Shown here piece after piece: positions 12,787 to 26,500 of a stretch of 64,000 nt of DNA. Positions within the stretch are counted from its first letter, which is position 1. Every line of letters begins with the position of its first letter. The stretch is from Eledone cirrhosa (lineage: Eukaryota): NCBI GenBank assembly GCA_964016885.1, contig OZ024746.1:19406001-19470000 (forward strand), read 5' to 3'. A program made the position numbers and the translations under genes. Under the pieces are notes generated by a model. The model made no database searches, had not been told where the DNA came from, and was given only the letters and a program-made list of their open reading frames with translations.

Positions 12787-15159
12787 TGAACTAATATTAA
12801 TAATAGTTGTTGTGAAAATATCAATATGTTACATTAAAAACTATTATCTGAAAGTAGAATGTTAGTTAATGGCAGAAGCGGCAATGATACATATCAAAGA
12901 GCCACTTACTGATTTACTTACTCTCACTAATTTAGTACATTCATTTCAAAATAGATACCATGGAAATAAGATTTACAGCTATAAACAGAAGAAACACACT
13001 ATGATATACAAATAATGTAATAGTTGGTAGTAGTGCTGAACTTAAGTCTTCTTATGAGCAAAATCTGCAACTGACTAGTGTCCTATCCAAGAGGATAAAT
13101 AACTAACTAATAACACCTCATGTATGGTATGGTCCCATAACTTATGACAGAAGTGCTGTAGTGACATACAGCATTTCTTGGGGCATGCTTTTAAAGCCTA
13201 GCAGAGCCCATCCATCTCTCAGTCTGAACGCAGTAGATTTCTCCCATAGAAGGATAAAGAGTGAGAAAGAAGAAATGAGAAAGAGATATAGAAGAAGAAT
13301 TGTCCCTAGTACTAGGCTGGTACTTTTTTTTTATTGACCTCAAAAGGATGAAAGGCAAAGTTGACCTGAGCAGGATTTAAATCCAGAGAGCAGAGAGCCA
13401 GAACAAATACCATAAAGCATTCTATCTGATGTTCTAACAAGTCTGTCAATTCACCGCTTCACACATCTACAATATTTCCAGTTAAATTGCAGTGAATAAA
13501 AGGAAATAAATTAGGGTTATACTGGAGTAGCATAAAATGAAGTGTTTTGCTCAAGAACACAACACACAACCGAGTCCAGGAATCAAACCCACATTATAAT
13601 CATAAATCCAACACCCTTACTAATAAGCCACATCAATAACTTCATAACTCAACAACAGCCCCCTGCTATTTTAAAACTATTTCATCAACATAAAATAATA
13701 TCTGTTATGCTTTATTAAACTAAAGGGTGATTTTTTTCTTTTCTTTTTTTTCTTTTCTTTTGAATGCTAGAGATATACACCTGTAAGTATATTGAGCGTC
13801 ACATCAAAGCAGACCGGAAAGAAAAAGATTTCATTTGGCAAATAATGCAAATTATAGAATTATAGAATGCTTCCATATTTTTTCACTGAACCAAGAAATC
13901 TTTTCAACTAAGTATTTTTTCATGTGTTATTAGTTATGGTTGTAGATATTTATTGGAAAGGCTATAATTGATAAACCATTAAAACAGTCTTAAGAACAAT
14001 ATAAGCCACTTCTCACCTAACACAGACGATGTGTAGAGCTATTGTGCTATTACGGTAACAATTATAAGCCTATAAAAGCAATAAAACCAACGTGGCAACT
14101 TTTTTGAGAATGACAACAGACTATAAAAATAATTATAGATATAAAAGCATGCATTGTAGGGTGGCAGGAGGACGTCATGTATTTAATATAGTGAGTTGAA
14201 AATCTTTGATTAACTGAGATTATTCATGAAATTAGTAGTCAGAAACTCACTAAAAACAACAGGAAAAGGACACAACTCAAATAAATATTCTTAGCCTTGC
14301 ATTGAAATAATTTTGTGTTTATAGCATTTAAAGAGAGCATATTGTTAGTAATTACAATTATTTAGCTGTTAGCCCTATATATTCCCTCTAGATGTTATAG
14401 CTAAAAAACTATTTTACAGCATGACTAGAAATCATTTCATTTTAAACTAGTGATGCATGCATGCATGGTCCTGCAACTCCTGGGGGGAATCGTAAGGGTG
14501 CTGTATTGATATGCAGCATTTCTAGGACATTTTAAAACCCTATCTCCTCTCCAAGTCTGAATACAGCAGATTTTTTTCCAGAGAAGGATAGAGAGTGAGA
14601 GAATGGATGAAAAACAAATTTGAACTCAGTGGGATTTGAGCTCAAAGGGCAGAGAGCTGGAAGGAATACCACAAAGCATTCTATACAATGTTTTAAACTC
14701 TGCCAATTTGCTGCCCTAGACTAGAGATGTAGTTTACATAATGATTCAAATTTCATATCTATATCCTTAGTTTCTATTGTAAGAACAATTTAATTTAACC
14801 AGTTAAGTTTTCAACAATAAATCCAGCTTTAAAACAGAATCTTAAACTCATTATCTGCTTGTAACTCTAATAAATTAAACAGCCAGCCATTGTCAGGGCA
14901 AATCAGGTTTTTACATGACTATAAAAGAACCTGCAACTAACTCAGTCATGATAATTGAATATCGGCCAGCTCTATCATTGACTAACAGTATTACTTTGAA
15001 AGGGATGGGCTTTGCCCAGTCATGTATGCTCTAGTTACATTCAAACCATGATGAACAACAAGCAATATTTTCTATCAACTAGAAAAGACATGGGCTGGCT
15101 TAGCCATAACCACACCTGTTATTGTATGTCAAGATGAAAGTATAAAACATTGACAAGAT

Positions 15160-15162
<3 letters not shown>

Positions 15163-15236
<74 letters not shown>
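15163..15236. repeat. (GT)n microsatellite
   Basis: Uninterrupted GT run. Many (TA)n, (GA)n and (CA)n tracts occur elsewhere in the window. Confidence 0.95.
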
Positions 15237-15239
<3 letters not shown>

Positions 15240-16390
15240 CGCGTGTGCGTATGTGTCTGTAGAAGAGCATAAATTGAACATTTAGTGGTGTCTCACTACC
15301 CTCAGGTTATGTCACTACAGTTCATTGTTCTCAGAATTTTAGAAACTGAATAAATATCTTACAGTGATAGGGATATTACTTTACACTGAGTTGAAATCCT
15401 ACAGAGGTTTGACTTTGGATTGGCAGTATCAGTAGAGCATCAGACATGCTTTGTGGCATACAGTTACATCCCTTTACGTTCTCAGTTCAAATCCTGCCAA
15501 AATTAGCTTTACCTTTCATGCTTACAGGGTTGATAAAATAAAGTACTAGTAATGCACAAAATTGTTGGCCTAATATCTAAATAAGAAACCATTATTTAGA
15601 CCTTGGGAATCATTAAAATAAGTAATATATTGAATTTGATTGAAGTCTATCCTCCTCTCTTACAAATAATTATCATTCTTAATAATAATTATCATTCTTA
15701 ATTCTTATAAGAGCAAGGAAGTATTTAGTCTGTGTCTCTATTTACTCTGTTCAAATATGGCAGGTACAAATTTGCCTCTCATAACTAGGGTCAAGTCAAT
15801 CAAATATAATCCTCACCACAGCAGCAATGTTGTCCAAGTGAAAGACAAAGTCCAATAACTCTTTTCTTCCCTTGATATATATATATATATATATATATAT
15901 AATGGGTAGACCAAGAAAAACCTGGGACGAGGTGATAAAAACCTGACCTTGCTCACTTACATCTCTCTAAGACAATGACACTGGATCGAAACCTTTGGCG
16001 CCATGCAGTTGTACAGAAGACACGACTGCCATTGCATACAAACCTACAGTCAGTAGGGACCTCTTAACCCAATGTATACCCCACCCCACACCCTACGCCA
16101 TCCTCCCTTTTCCGTTCCGTCCACTGTGTCGATGACACAACAGTCCATACTGTAAGGTGGCCATGTAGGAGACACGGCGAAAAGGCTCCCAGTCCACACT
16201 GTAAATGTGGTTGGTGTTAGGAAGGGCATCCAGCTGTAAATAAACCTGCCAGAGACACTTCTGTGCAAGCGACACACAGTCTCCCGACCAATCCCGCATC
16301 AAATGGAACAAAACCGTCTAACCCATGCTACCGTGGGATGGACGTTTCACGATGATGATGATGATTACATATATGTATATATATATATAT

Positions 16391-16558
16391 AGGAACAAGT
16401 AAGACCCCGACGACTGAGCTCAAGCCGTTTAGCCGTCGAAACGGCTTGAGCTCAGCCGTCGGGTCTTACTTGTTCCTATTACCCACTCTACTACCCTAAG
16501 TATTGAGTACTTTGGTGCGTTATGGTCCACCTGGTTCCTTACCACATTTCCTTCGTTA
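16391..16558 (+). mobile_element. Penelope-like foldback relic between (TA)n tracts
   Basis: ~40-bp inverted arms (16391-16430 and 16439-16478) containing a hammerhead 3' half (GAAACGGCT..AGCCGTC). The tail is shared with 53002-53075. Confidence 0.55.
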
Positions 16559-16594
16559 TATATATATATATATATATATACATACACACACACA

Positions 16595-16667
16595 GTGTCT
16601 CAAAAGTCACTATCTATTTTGAATAGTAATAAGTACACCAAAATAGATAGTAACTTTTGAGACACCC
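16595..16667. mobile_element. Tiny Tc1/mariner-type MITE
   Basis: GTGTCTCAAAAGTCACTATCTATTTTG / CAAAATAGATAGTAACTTTTGAGACAC form inverted arms of 27 bp with 1 mismatch. Confidence 0.65.
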
Positions 16668-16797
16668 TTTATTTCTCTCTCTCTTTATATATATATATAA
16701 GTGTTGAAGTTTCCGTTGAAAAAGTCAGAGGAATGAAGAGTGCTCTATGTAAGTTACAGAGCTAAATATTTAATGTATAATAAATAATACAATATAA

Positions 16798-16868
16798 TTA
16801 CCTCATTACCAGAGGTTTCCTGAATAAGACGGATACAAGAAACGTCCTCATTCGTTCATCAGGCAAGG

Positions 16869-16871
<3 letters not shown>
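16798..16871 (-). ncRNA. Type I hammerhead motif
   Basis: Minus strand: TTGCCTTGC-CTGATGA-ac GAATGAGGACG..CGTCTTATTC ag-GAAA-CC tct GG-TA-ATGAGGTAA. Stem I has wobbles and a C.A mismatch at the core-proximal pair. Confidence 0.7.
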
Positions 16872-16900
<29 letters not shown>

Positions 16901-16922
16901 TGCCTTGTCTGATGAACGAATG

Positions 16923-17065
16923 ATCATTTCTGAAGATGGCATATATAAGTGAAGGTATGTATATCCCCTCTGATAATTTGTAATATTTTTTTACATAGAT
17001 CTATCTTTAATATGATATACATACCAACACACACATATATATCCCAGAAACGATCGTAAAATGAT
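16923..17065 (+). ncRNA. Type I hammerhead motif with a ~110-nt stem II and palindromic stem III
   Basis: ATCATTT-CTGAAGA (16930-36)...GAAA (17047-50)-CGATCG-TA-AAATGAT. 7-bp stem I. Stem II includes TGG/CCA and the perfect 12-bp pair GGTATGTATATC (16954-65)/GATATACATACC (17014-25). Confidence 0.7.
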
Positions 17066-18587
17066 GATTTTTTCAATATAAGCAACCTGTTCTTTGTTTT
17101 TATTTCATTGTTTTTATTAATTTATCTTGACTCTGTTTTCCTATGATTTTTATCGTTAAATTTTGAATGCATCTTCTCTTTTCATGATATCTTCTATATT
17201 TGGATTACATTGAGTTCTTCATACGGATTGGACACTTCCGTTTATTTTGGTAGATTTATCTACATATATATATATATTATGATAACCTGAACTACAATAA
17301 ATGATGTGTGCACACTAAGAATATACTCATTTCCAGCAATGAGTATAAACATATAAAGTATTAATCCTAATGTCTGCTGTGATTTTATCTTGATATTTAA
17401 TACCAACTAGTGTAGATTGTGTTGCTCCCCAGTGTACATAAATGTATAACTGCACACATAAAGTCTTAAACAACCTTCTCCATCTAATTTAACAAAGAAT
17501 CTAAAGTCTGTAAATTGTCCATTAAATAAATCATGTCTTTTGAAATTGATAGTTTAATTTTAATATAAAGAATGATGTGCTCGTGCACTGAAATGCTATT
17601 AATTAGCTTATAAAATAGGGTGAAAACCCTTAAATGCAGCTGATATCAAATTCCTTTAACATCTTTTAAGGGTCTTCCCCTTTGTTATAAGCTATGAGCG
17701 CATCATTCTTTATCTTCTCAGCCCTTTGTAAGTGTCTGAGATATCAGACAATGTTTCTTTGATACTTTAATGCTGAAAAGCATTTACAACTGAAAATTCA
17801 GAATCCAAAAATCATATTGAATTAACTACTAATACATTTAAAGGACAATTTCACCAGCATCTACATTCTTTCAGAAATTTGTAAAGATCTTTAGATAATA
17901 ATACATTAAAATACATGTGGCCTTTGAAAATTAATGTTAGGTACAATAACATTGTTTAAAAATATATTACATGCCAAACCTGATAATCAGGGTAATGATT
18001 GTTGTGATCTTTGGCTTTTGGAGAAAATGAATATATTGTTTATAAAGGTTCTAACTTCAGAACTGATATCTTTTTGTCATTACAAATCAAAATATTTGTT
18101 AAAATATTTTGAATTACCTAACAGCTGAAATCCATACAACCACCTAACATAATTCATCCACGTAAAAACAAAAAAAAAACAAAAAACAAAAAAAAGTAAA
18201 AAACAAAAAAAAAATCCAAATATTTCTTCAAATATTTTGTCATCATATATCAAAAAGGCAAGCAAGTGATGACAGACAGACAGCCTTATGCAATAACATT
18301 CTGGCTTCATGAAATAGCTTTGTATATTTAATGCATAAATTCAATAGTTCCGCCTGTATAGTTTATAATGCAGAGCAATACAAAGTTGTTTCATTTAGAA
18401 AATTGGTAAAAAATGAAGCTAATAGATGCAATTAGATGTAATTTCAGCTGAAAACAAAATTTATAGTCTATTCTACATACTTGTAAAGTCCTCTTTCTCT
18501 ACACATCTTAATTATTTACACTACTGTGTATCTCCATACACACACATTGCTAAAGATGTTAAATAATGATGATGATGATACATTTAT

Positions 18588-18620
<33 letters not shown>

Positions 18621-18699
18621 CATACACACACATACACATGTTAAATATTTATGTATAGTCTACTATACATACTTATAAAGCAGGGAATACAGACACTAA

Positions 18700-18890
18700 A
18701 TAATTGTTTCTACTTTTTGGCACAAGGCCAGCAATTATCCCAGTGTATTACTGGTACTTTATTTTATCGATCCCGTAAGGATGAAAGGCAAAGTTAACCT
18801 CGGCGGAATTTGAACTCAGACCATAAAGGGCCGTAATTCTTTGCTGCAAAGCATGGCGTCCGACCCTCTACCGATACTGCCAATCCACCA
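18700..18890 (-). mobile_element. SINE family A
   Basis: Young subfamily with the AAAAGTAGAAACAATTA tail. Confidence 0.82.
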
Positions 18891-18959
18891 ATGACGGCGT
18901 CATATACAAATGTGCCTGAACATACACACTCCTTGCTCGATGAGACTGGGGTCATCTTA

Positions 18960-19265
18960 GGTCAGTGATCCCAGAGGCATTATCATGCATAGAGCCAACC
19001 AGTTCCTCCAGTGCCCTCTATTGCTGGTGGTCCCGTGCCAGCCCCTCTGTATCTTCTAAGATCACGTCGCGCCTATGGAGATTTTCATTGATGACATCCA
19101 ACCAACTGGTGTGGGGCCTGCTGCAGGGCCTCTTCCAGCCTGTAGCTGCTGTATCGAATGAGAGTAAGGACCTGGTAGGATGATCTGGTGGCAGGTGGAG
19201 CACATGTCTGTACCAGCGCATGCAACAGATGGCTATGAGGTGGGAGACTGCGGGCTGATGCATAC
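18960..19265 (-). mobile_element. RTE-like LINE 3' fragment
   Basis: MRWYRHVLHLPPDHPTRSLL..WKRPCSRPHTSWLDVI. Confidence 0.7.
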
Positions 19266-19270
19266 ACGCA

Positions 19271-19457
19271 TAGTGGAGTTCTGAAAAGTTCCTGGTTTAA
19301 GGGTATCACAAAAGGGTAGAGTTGTTACCTTTACAAGGGTGGTGGGACCACTGCAATAAGTGTGTGAATCTAAGAAGGGAATATGTTGAATAAAATCATA
19401 ATTAACTGAACCTCCTGTATTTTCTTTTACCCAAAGCCAGGAACTTTTCAGCATCCC

Positions 19458-19461
<4 letters not shown>
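19271..19461. mobile_element. Mariner-derived MITE
   Basis: TIRs CTGAAAAGTTCCTGGTTT / AAGCCAGGAACTTTTCAG with TA ends. Similar single ends at ~43448 and ~47300. Confidence 0.65.
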
Positions 19462-19503
<42 letters not shown>

Positions 19504-19887
19504 TATGTTAAAAGTAAACAGAAATAACAAAGCAAACGGCACAGTACATTGAAGAAATATATTAGTTTAACGCTTGAAATGGCAGTCTTGGACAATAATA
19601 GTGTTTCATCAGAAGATATGCATATTCATTCAGTCGGCCATTTTGGAGTATGTATATGTGAGTGTGTACCTACTAACATAGTATGTGTATATATATAAAT
19701 ATATGTCGACTGTGTGTATCCATTTTAGAATAGGTACACTGTATCCCTGTATGTTGTTAAACGCAACTAAAAGTGTTGGTGTCAGGAAAAGCATCCGGCT
19801 GTAAAAGTCTCATCAAATTCATGCCAGCATGGAAAAGTAGATATAAAATCAATTATGATGATGATGATGATGATTATATATATATCT

Positions 19888-20262
19888 ATCATCATCATCA
19901 TCATTTTACGTCCGCTTTTCCCTGCTTTTTCAAGGGTGGGACGGGAACTGATATATATATATATATATATACAATACCATCATCATCATTTTACGTCCGC
20001 TTTTCCCTGCTTTTTCAAGGGTGGGACGGGAACTGATATATATATATATATATATACAATACCATCATCATCATTTTTATGTCTGCTTTTCCCTGCTTTT
20101 TCAAGGGTGGGACGGGAACTGATATATATATATATATATATACAATACCATCATCATCATTTTACGTCCGCTTTTCCCTGCTTTTTCAAGGGTGGGACGG
20201 GAACTGATATATATATATATATATATACAATACCATCATCATCATTTTTATGTCTGCTTTCT
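19888..20262. repeat. Tandem array of a ~87-bp family C tail plus (TA)n unit, 4 full and 1 partial
   Basis: Unit CATCATCATTTTACGTCCGCTTTTCCCTGCTTTTTCAAGGGTGGGACGGGAACTGA-(TA)n-CAATAC, similar to the reverse complement of 57935-57985. Confidence 0.9.
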
Positions 20263-22604
20263 TTGGGTTAGATATACACACACCCATGTGTTTAGAAATA
20301 TATGCATTGACTTCAAGGTCAAATCAACCATGAGATTTTCGCACAGAAATTTGAGGCATTGAAATTATGTCATAATACATCTACCCCAGACCACCCTCCA
20401 CCCCCACCCTTTAACATATGCACCACCCTGTAGTCAGTCATATATCACTTTCAGTGTTGTAAAGGCTTTAAGCTTTCCCAATACTTTTTGACATTTTAAC
20501 AATGATAATGTTTACTAAGTTGATTATGTATGTGTCAAAAACAACAGCCACAGCACTGTATCTAATGCAATCTGTCTGTAGCCACGTCCAACGTTAGTAT
20601 TTTTTCTTTTATAAAATTTATATAGAAGTATAAGAGATAATAAACATGAAGAAAGAAAAAAGTAATAAAAAAAAAAAATGGCAAATTTTAAAAAAAAGGA
20701 AGGGCGAATTCTACACCTGTATGTGGAGGCATGTGGCCAGGTGGTAAGGCTGTTGGACTTACAATCATAATGTTGTGGGTTTGATTCCTGGATTGGGTTA
20801 TGTGTTGTGTTCTTGAACAAAACACTTCATTCCACATTGTTCAAGTACACTCAGCTGAAAATGAGTACCAGCAGCAATAGCTGGGGGCTTAACTCTCCAA
20901 TGGACATGTGTCATGTCCAGGGGTAGGGTATGTGTGTGGGGCGGGGGATCTTGAAATCTCAATTTGCTAATGCCATGGAAACTAGGATAAGAATTGACTT
21001 GAGCTTCCGAGCTTGAGACAGACTTTAGACTATTTTTTAAAAGAACCTCTACACCCTTAATTTAGTAGTACATCTCAGCTGCATTGCAACGGAGAACAGC
21101 AAGTGACACACTGCACACACCCGACCCTCCCAAGGGCTCCTTCTTCCCAATCTTGCAAAAGAAAACAGTAAAGGTCTTGATGGTCACTGGCACAAAAGGG
21201 AAGCAGTCGGTCAAATTCCGATATTTCATTAACTTTTACTCCTCTACATTACAGACGGTAGTGCGTGGTTTTTCACCGAGGTGATGAAATTGGACCAGAA
21301 GAACATGTCACAACACATGCCATCCCATATTAATAACCTTCCCCTTTAACAGAAACAAAGGTCATCTTATCTGGATGCCTACCATGACTACGATTAAGGC
21401 CTACGGCCGACAAGTCACCATCACAACAGGAAATCAGGTGTGTCAAGGCTCCTTCTTATGACATTATTCAAGGCAGCATGCCAAGGAAACCGTCCTGCTC
21501 TCTAATTAATATCTGTACTTAAGTTTCTTCAAAAGCTGTAAAGCTCTATTTAGAAAAGAAATAAGAAAATATTGGAAAATCAAACACACAAATAAATTAT
21601 TGATACTGAATTAGCAAAAAACTAATCCATATATAAATACTAACCTTCAGTTCTTTTTATTCAGAGATGTGCTGGCATAGACATTGCTTAGTAATTGCTT
21701 AGTTACAAGTTAAGATTACATTGTTACATTCAAATTTATCTTTTGAAGTGACTACACACATAGAAACCAGTCCTAACAATTGAATTAGAGACATATGTGT
21801 GTGAGTGTGTGTGAACCTGGCTAGATAAATAAATACTTAACATAGATATATAGTGATAGAAATGGAAGTTAAACGTTTGACTCTTTTACCCTTTCTCTGT
21901 AACTTTTCAGCAATATGTGCATTCACTAAACTTCATCAGAAAGAAGATATTGAGATGTTGTGTATTTGGTTTAAATAAAGAGAGAGGGTGCAGCAAAGAG
22001 GAGCTGAGTTTCTATTCAATCCCCAAACAGTAAACAACAATAATTTAGGCACAAGAAATGAATTAAAAAAATTGAGTTTACAGCTGACACCTACGTAGGT
22101 CTAGCTGGCTTTGAATAAGGTTGCATCTCATAAGAGATTTCTCAAATGTTATAATGATAGAGGTTCGAGTCCTATCACGAAGTTTGTTGCCAAGAGTACA
22201 ACACACTGCCCAGTCTGGGAATCGGACATACGACCAGAAATTTGGGAGGAGTTAGTTAATTACACCGACTCTAGTATTTGGCTGGTATTTTACATCCTGC
22301 ACTGTATGAGACCACATTACGACGACTATCTTGGAGAGTACAAAGCAGTAGTATGACTGCATCACATTATAATTTGAAGTCTTTACTTTAGTTTACTGCA
22401 AATTTTCACAAAGATCTGTCCACTAGTAAATATACTATAAACATTGCCCTTCCTAATGCTACTGTAACATGATTGGCATGAGGAAGAACATCCAGTTGTA
22501 GAAACCAGGCAAAAATATAGATGAGTATAAGTAAGACATGGTCTCCTCACTTGTCTCATAATGTGACAACCTATTTAACCAATGTGTGGAAAATGGACAT
22601 TAAA

Positions 22605-22992
22605 TGATGATGATGATGTTTACAACAATGGCAACAACAAAATGAATTAATACATAGAAAAAAAAACAACAACCATACTGATGACGATGAGGATAAGGAT
22701 GATGAACATGATGACAACAATAACAAAGATGATGGGGATGATGATGATGACAACAACAAACTGAATTATTACATAGAAAGAACAACAAGAACAAATATAA
22801 TGTTGACGACAATGGCAAGAAGATGAATTACTACATAGAAAGAACAACCATGATGATGATGAGGAAGATGATGACGACAACAATAACAACAAACTGAATT
22901 AATACATTGAAAGAACAACCATCACGATGATGATGACAACAAAAATTTAACTCTAGGAAATTCATAATAATAATAATAATGATAATAATAAT
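22605..22992. repeat. Degenerate (GAT)/(CAA)/(AAT) repeat with a recurring TGAATTA.TACATAGAAAG spacer
   Basis: Low-complexity trinucleotide tracts with 4-5 recurrences of the spacer. Confidence 0.8.
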
Positions 22993-23520
22993 TTCTTTAA
23001 GAAAATAAAAACAGTATGCACCAGGTGGCTGATTAATAACAATGTACATATTTCAGTGAATGAAATACGATAACAAAACTACTTGTTTAAGGAGAGTATT
23101 ACAATGAAATTTTAATTGTCTGGCCAGCCAAACAAGTCCTAAATAATTGAGCTAGGTGGCAAGACTTGACCATTAAGAGGGCATTAGGCACAAGAGCACA
23201 CTTTGAAAACAATTTTTTTTTTCATTTAAAGAGGTTTGAAAGTGTGCTATCAATCTAGAAAATGCCAGAGAAAGTAGTTGAGAAGACATTTGTAATAAGT
23301 TTATCACTTAAGTATGAATGCAGATCTGAGACATCAGAAATCAAATAAAGGAAACAAAAAGAAGCTTAAATATAAGCTAGCAAGATAAATACTAAACAAC
23401 ACTGCTAAGGAATTTAATCCAGTGTACCATTTTTGCTACTACACTGCCATTATTAATACACGCATAAAACTGCCATCTAGGCTATCTAACTCATGATATT
23501 ATACTGCTATCTAACTCATG

Positions 23521-23571
<51 letters not shown>

Positions 23572-26500
23572 TAGCATGGTACCTGTAAAAAATGATGGAG
23601 TTTATATAGAATGACAACTGCATAAAGAAGTGCAGGGCACTCAAGGTCAAGGGAACTTGTGGAAGGAAGAGAACTAAGAAAACATGGGACTACAGGGTGA
23701 AGTCTGACCTGACAGAAGAGATGACATGGGATTTAGTTGACTGGCGATTTGCCATATTACAAAAGACCCAGACTCCCAAATTAGGACAGTATCAGAAGTG
23801 TATTGGACACCTTGTTCCTTTATGTTCTGATTTCAAATCCTGCTGCAATTAGCTTTGCCTTTCATCCATATGGGGATCAATAAAATAAAGTACCAGTAAT
23901 GCACTGGTGCCAATTTAATCGACTTTCTCCTCCCCAAAAATTGTTGGCCTTCTGCCTAAATCAGAAACCATTATTACTATTATTATTATTGTAGATTCTA
24001 AATTCTATCTTTAAACATAAGTATCTGAAGTAATTAAAAATGTGTTCATAATAAAAAGTTAGATGATAGTTTTTAAAAGAATCCCCCCTAAAACGAATAA
24101 GTACCAAAATTATGTTGATTTGCTGTAAGTGAGAGTGGTGGCCACATGCCATTTATTTAAAATTATTAAAGATAAAACATTCTTTTTTTATTTAGAAACT
24201 ATTATTTCATGTTAGAAACAATTATTATTATAAAAACACTCAAAACAATTGTGATTATTATTGGTATTATTATATGGATAGAATATCTATTATTTACTTC
24301 ACAATAGAATCTTAATGTAGTTTCTATCTGCTAAAAATCATAGCCAAATCTCCCTGTAAACATACTCTCTTGTTATAAACCACAAGTTTCAAACGATCTG
24401 ATATGATCACACACACAAGTCAAACAATCCAATTTGATCACACACATACACCACAAATCTTAAATGTTCTGATCCAATCACTCACACATATCTTAACAAC
24501 AATAACAAACAATATTTCCTCATTATTGGTATATTAATTTAGTTCCAGATTTAGTACATTAGTTTTAGATTCAGTACACATTTATACAAATTATGAGACA
24601 CATTTTGTATAAATTAATTAACTCCATACAAAACACATTTTAATTTTAGTAACATAATATTAACAATATGAAGGTGGATGGCTTATTAGTTAGAGCATTG
24701 GTTTACAATCATCAAGTTGTAAGTTTGATTCCTGGACCGAGCAGTGTGTTGTGTTCCTGAGCAAGACACTTTATTTTATGTTACTCTAGTTTACTCAACT
24801 GTAGAAATAAATTGCAATGTCACTGGTGCCAAGTTGTATCAGACATTGCCTTTGCCTTGGATAACATCGGATACATGGGGAGGGGAGACTTGACTATGGG
24901 TCTTCCACAAACAATTTTGCCCTGGCTTACACCTTGGAGGGGGACTTTCTAAGTGCAAAGCCCATGATCATTTGTGACTGCAGAGGATTTCTAATTTTAA
25001 CAATGTAAATTATAAAATACACAATACAAAACATATTTTAAATCTTTATACTATGTATGCTGTTATGATAATGTCTTATTGGGGAAATGAGAATGGAGAA
25101 AGGATACTTGTTAGCCTTATCCCTAAATTAGAAACTATTATGTGGGTGGCAGGGTGCGTGAGAGTGGATGGTGGGCATCAGGGAGAAGGATTGAACAGAT
25201 CCAATGCCATCCCCAGTTACATGGTTCAGTGGATATAGCAACAGAGGAGAGAGAATTATAAGGGGGGGGGGGGGCACTGGGTGGCAGACATATTGTAGAT
25301 ATACTTCCCAGTCTCTAACTTTATTACCCTTTTCATTTTACCCTGCTTGCATAGGAGGGTGGATCTTTTCCAGCATTACATTTCACCAATAATTGTAGTC
25401 TCTTGTCATCTCCTGTGTGAGGTTTAGTTTTCAGTGTGTAGTTTAGCATTCCCTGGATTAATAGAATTCAGTGAATGGTTCTTTAGTACAATATAAAAAT
25501 GTTGGGTCTCATTTTAAACAGTCCTAATCCATGCGAATCATAATGATGTAGTAAGCACATGGAAAAAAGTGACTGAGTCTGAACTACAGATTGGCTAATA
25601 TAGCGACTTCATGCATGCATATTTCAGACACTTAAACAAGTTAAGGAAGAACACATTGATTGTTCATTTTTGTTTTGAACCGTTTCTGTTTCACATTTGA
25701 AAAGTGGGTTATAGCCCTGAAATATTATGTTGAAATATACTGGGTAAAACATTACTTTGTTTTGTTTTATGTCATCCTTTACCCTTTATATATTTCTACC
25801 ACATTGTACAGGCTTTCTGAAACTTATCAGTCATGTATTACAAATACTTTTATTTTCTGCTAATGTATCAACTATGATGAATCAATAGAGAAAGATTTAT
25901 TACAATGTAAAGAACTCATTAACACAATAAACAATCTGACCATACATACATACATACATACATACATACATACATACACACACATATATTAGTTATACAG
26001 TGCAGAAAATATTTGTTTATTATACATGAATGAATATTTGACAGCATGTGTCTGTGTAAGAGTGAAAGAAACTGAAAGGCAGATGGCGTCATCGCCACAA
26101 TTACCAGCCTAAGTTATTAGAGTGAGAGCTCCCTCTGGTTAACTTTAATTATCATCCCTTTTATATATCAGCAGGCAACTGGATTAAAAGCAGGAAGACA
26201 AGATTTCAACAATGTTATGGGTGTGTATGGTGGTAATGATAGGAAGGGTATCAAGCCATAGCAAACTTATCAAAGTAATGATAAGAGAGAATTTTTCAGT
26301 TGTTCTAAAGACATGACAACCACCCATGTGCTGGTGTCATGTTAAAATACATAGTACACTATGTAATATGTGGCACTAATTGAGTACTGATTTGGTCTGT
26401 GACGACCCAACCAACCTTTGCTAGCAGATAAAATGGATGTTAAATGATGATGGTGATGATGATGTGTGTGTGTACAATGGTTGGGCAGATAGTTATGGGA

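Noticed and set aside
21645-21772. Possible minus-strand exon (ttgttAG ... GAAG|GTTAGT)
   Set aside because: No TEAD-like peptide, and splice-like motifs are common by chance. It needs RNA-seq.
21860-21950. Minus-strand CTGATGA..GAAAAGTT (similar weak hit at 62325-62360 plus)
   Set aside because: The stems are too weak to distinguish from chance.
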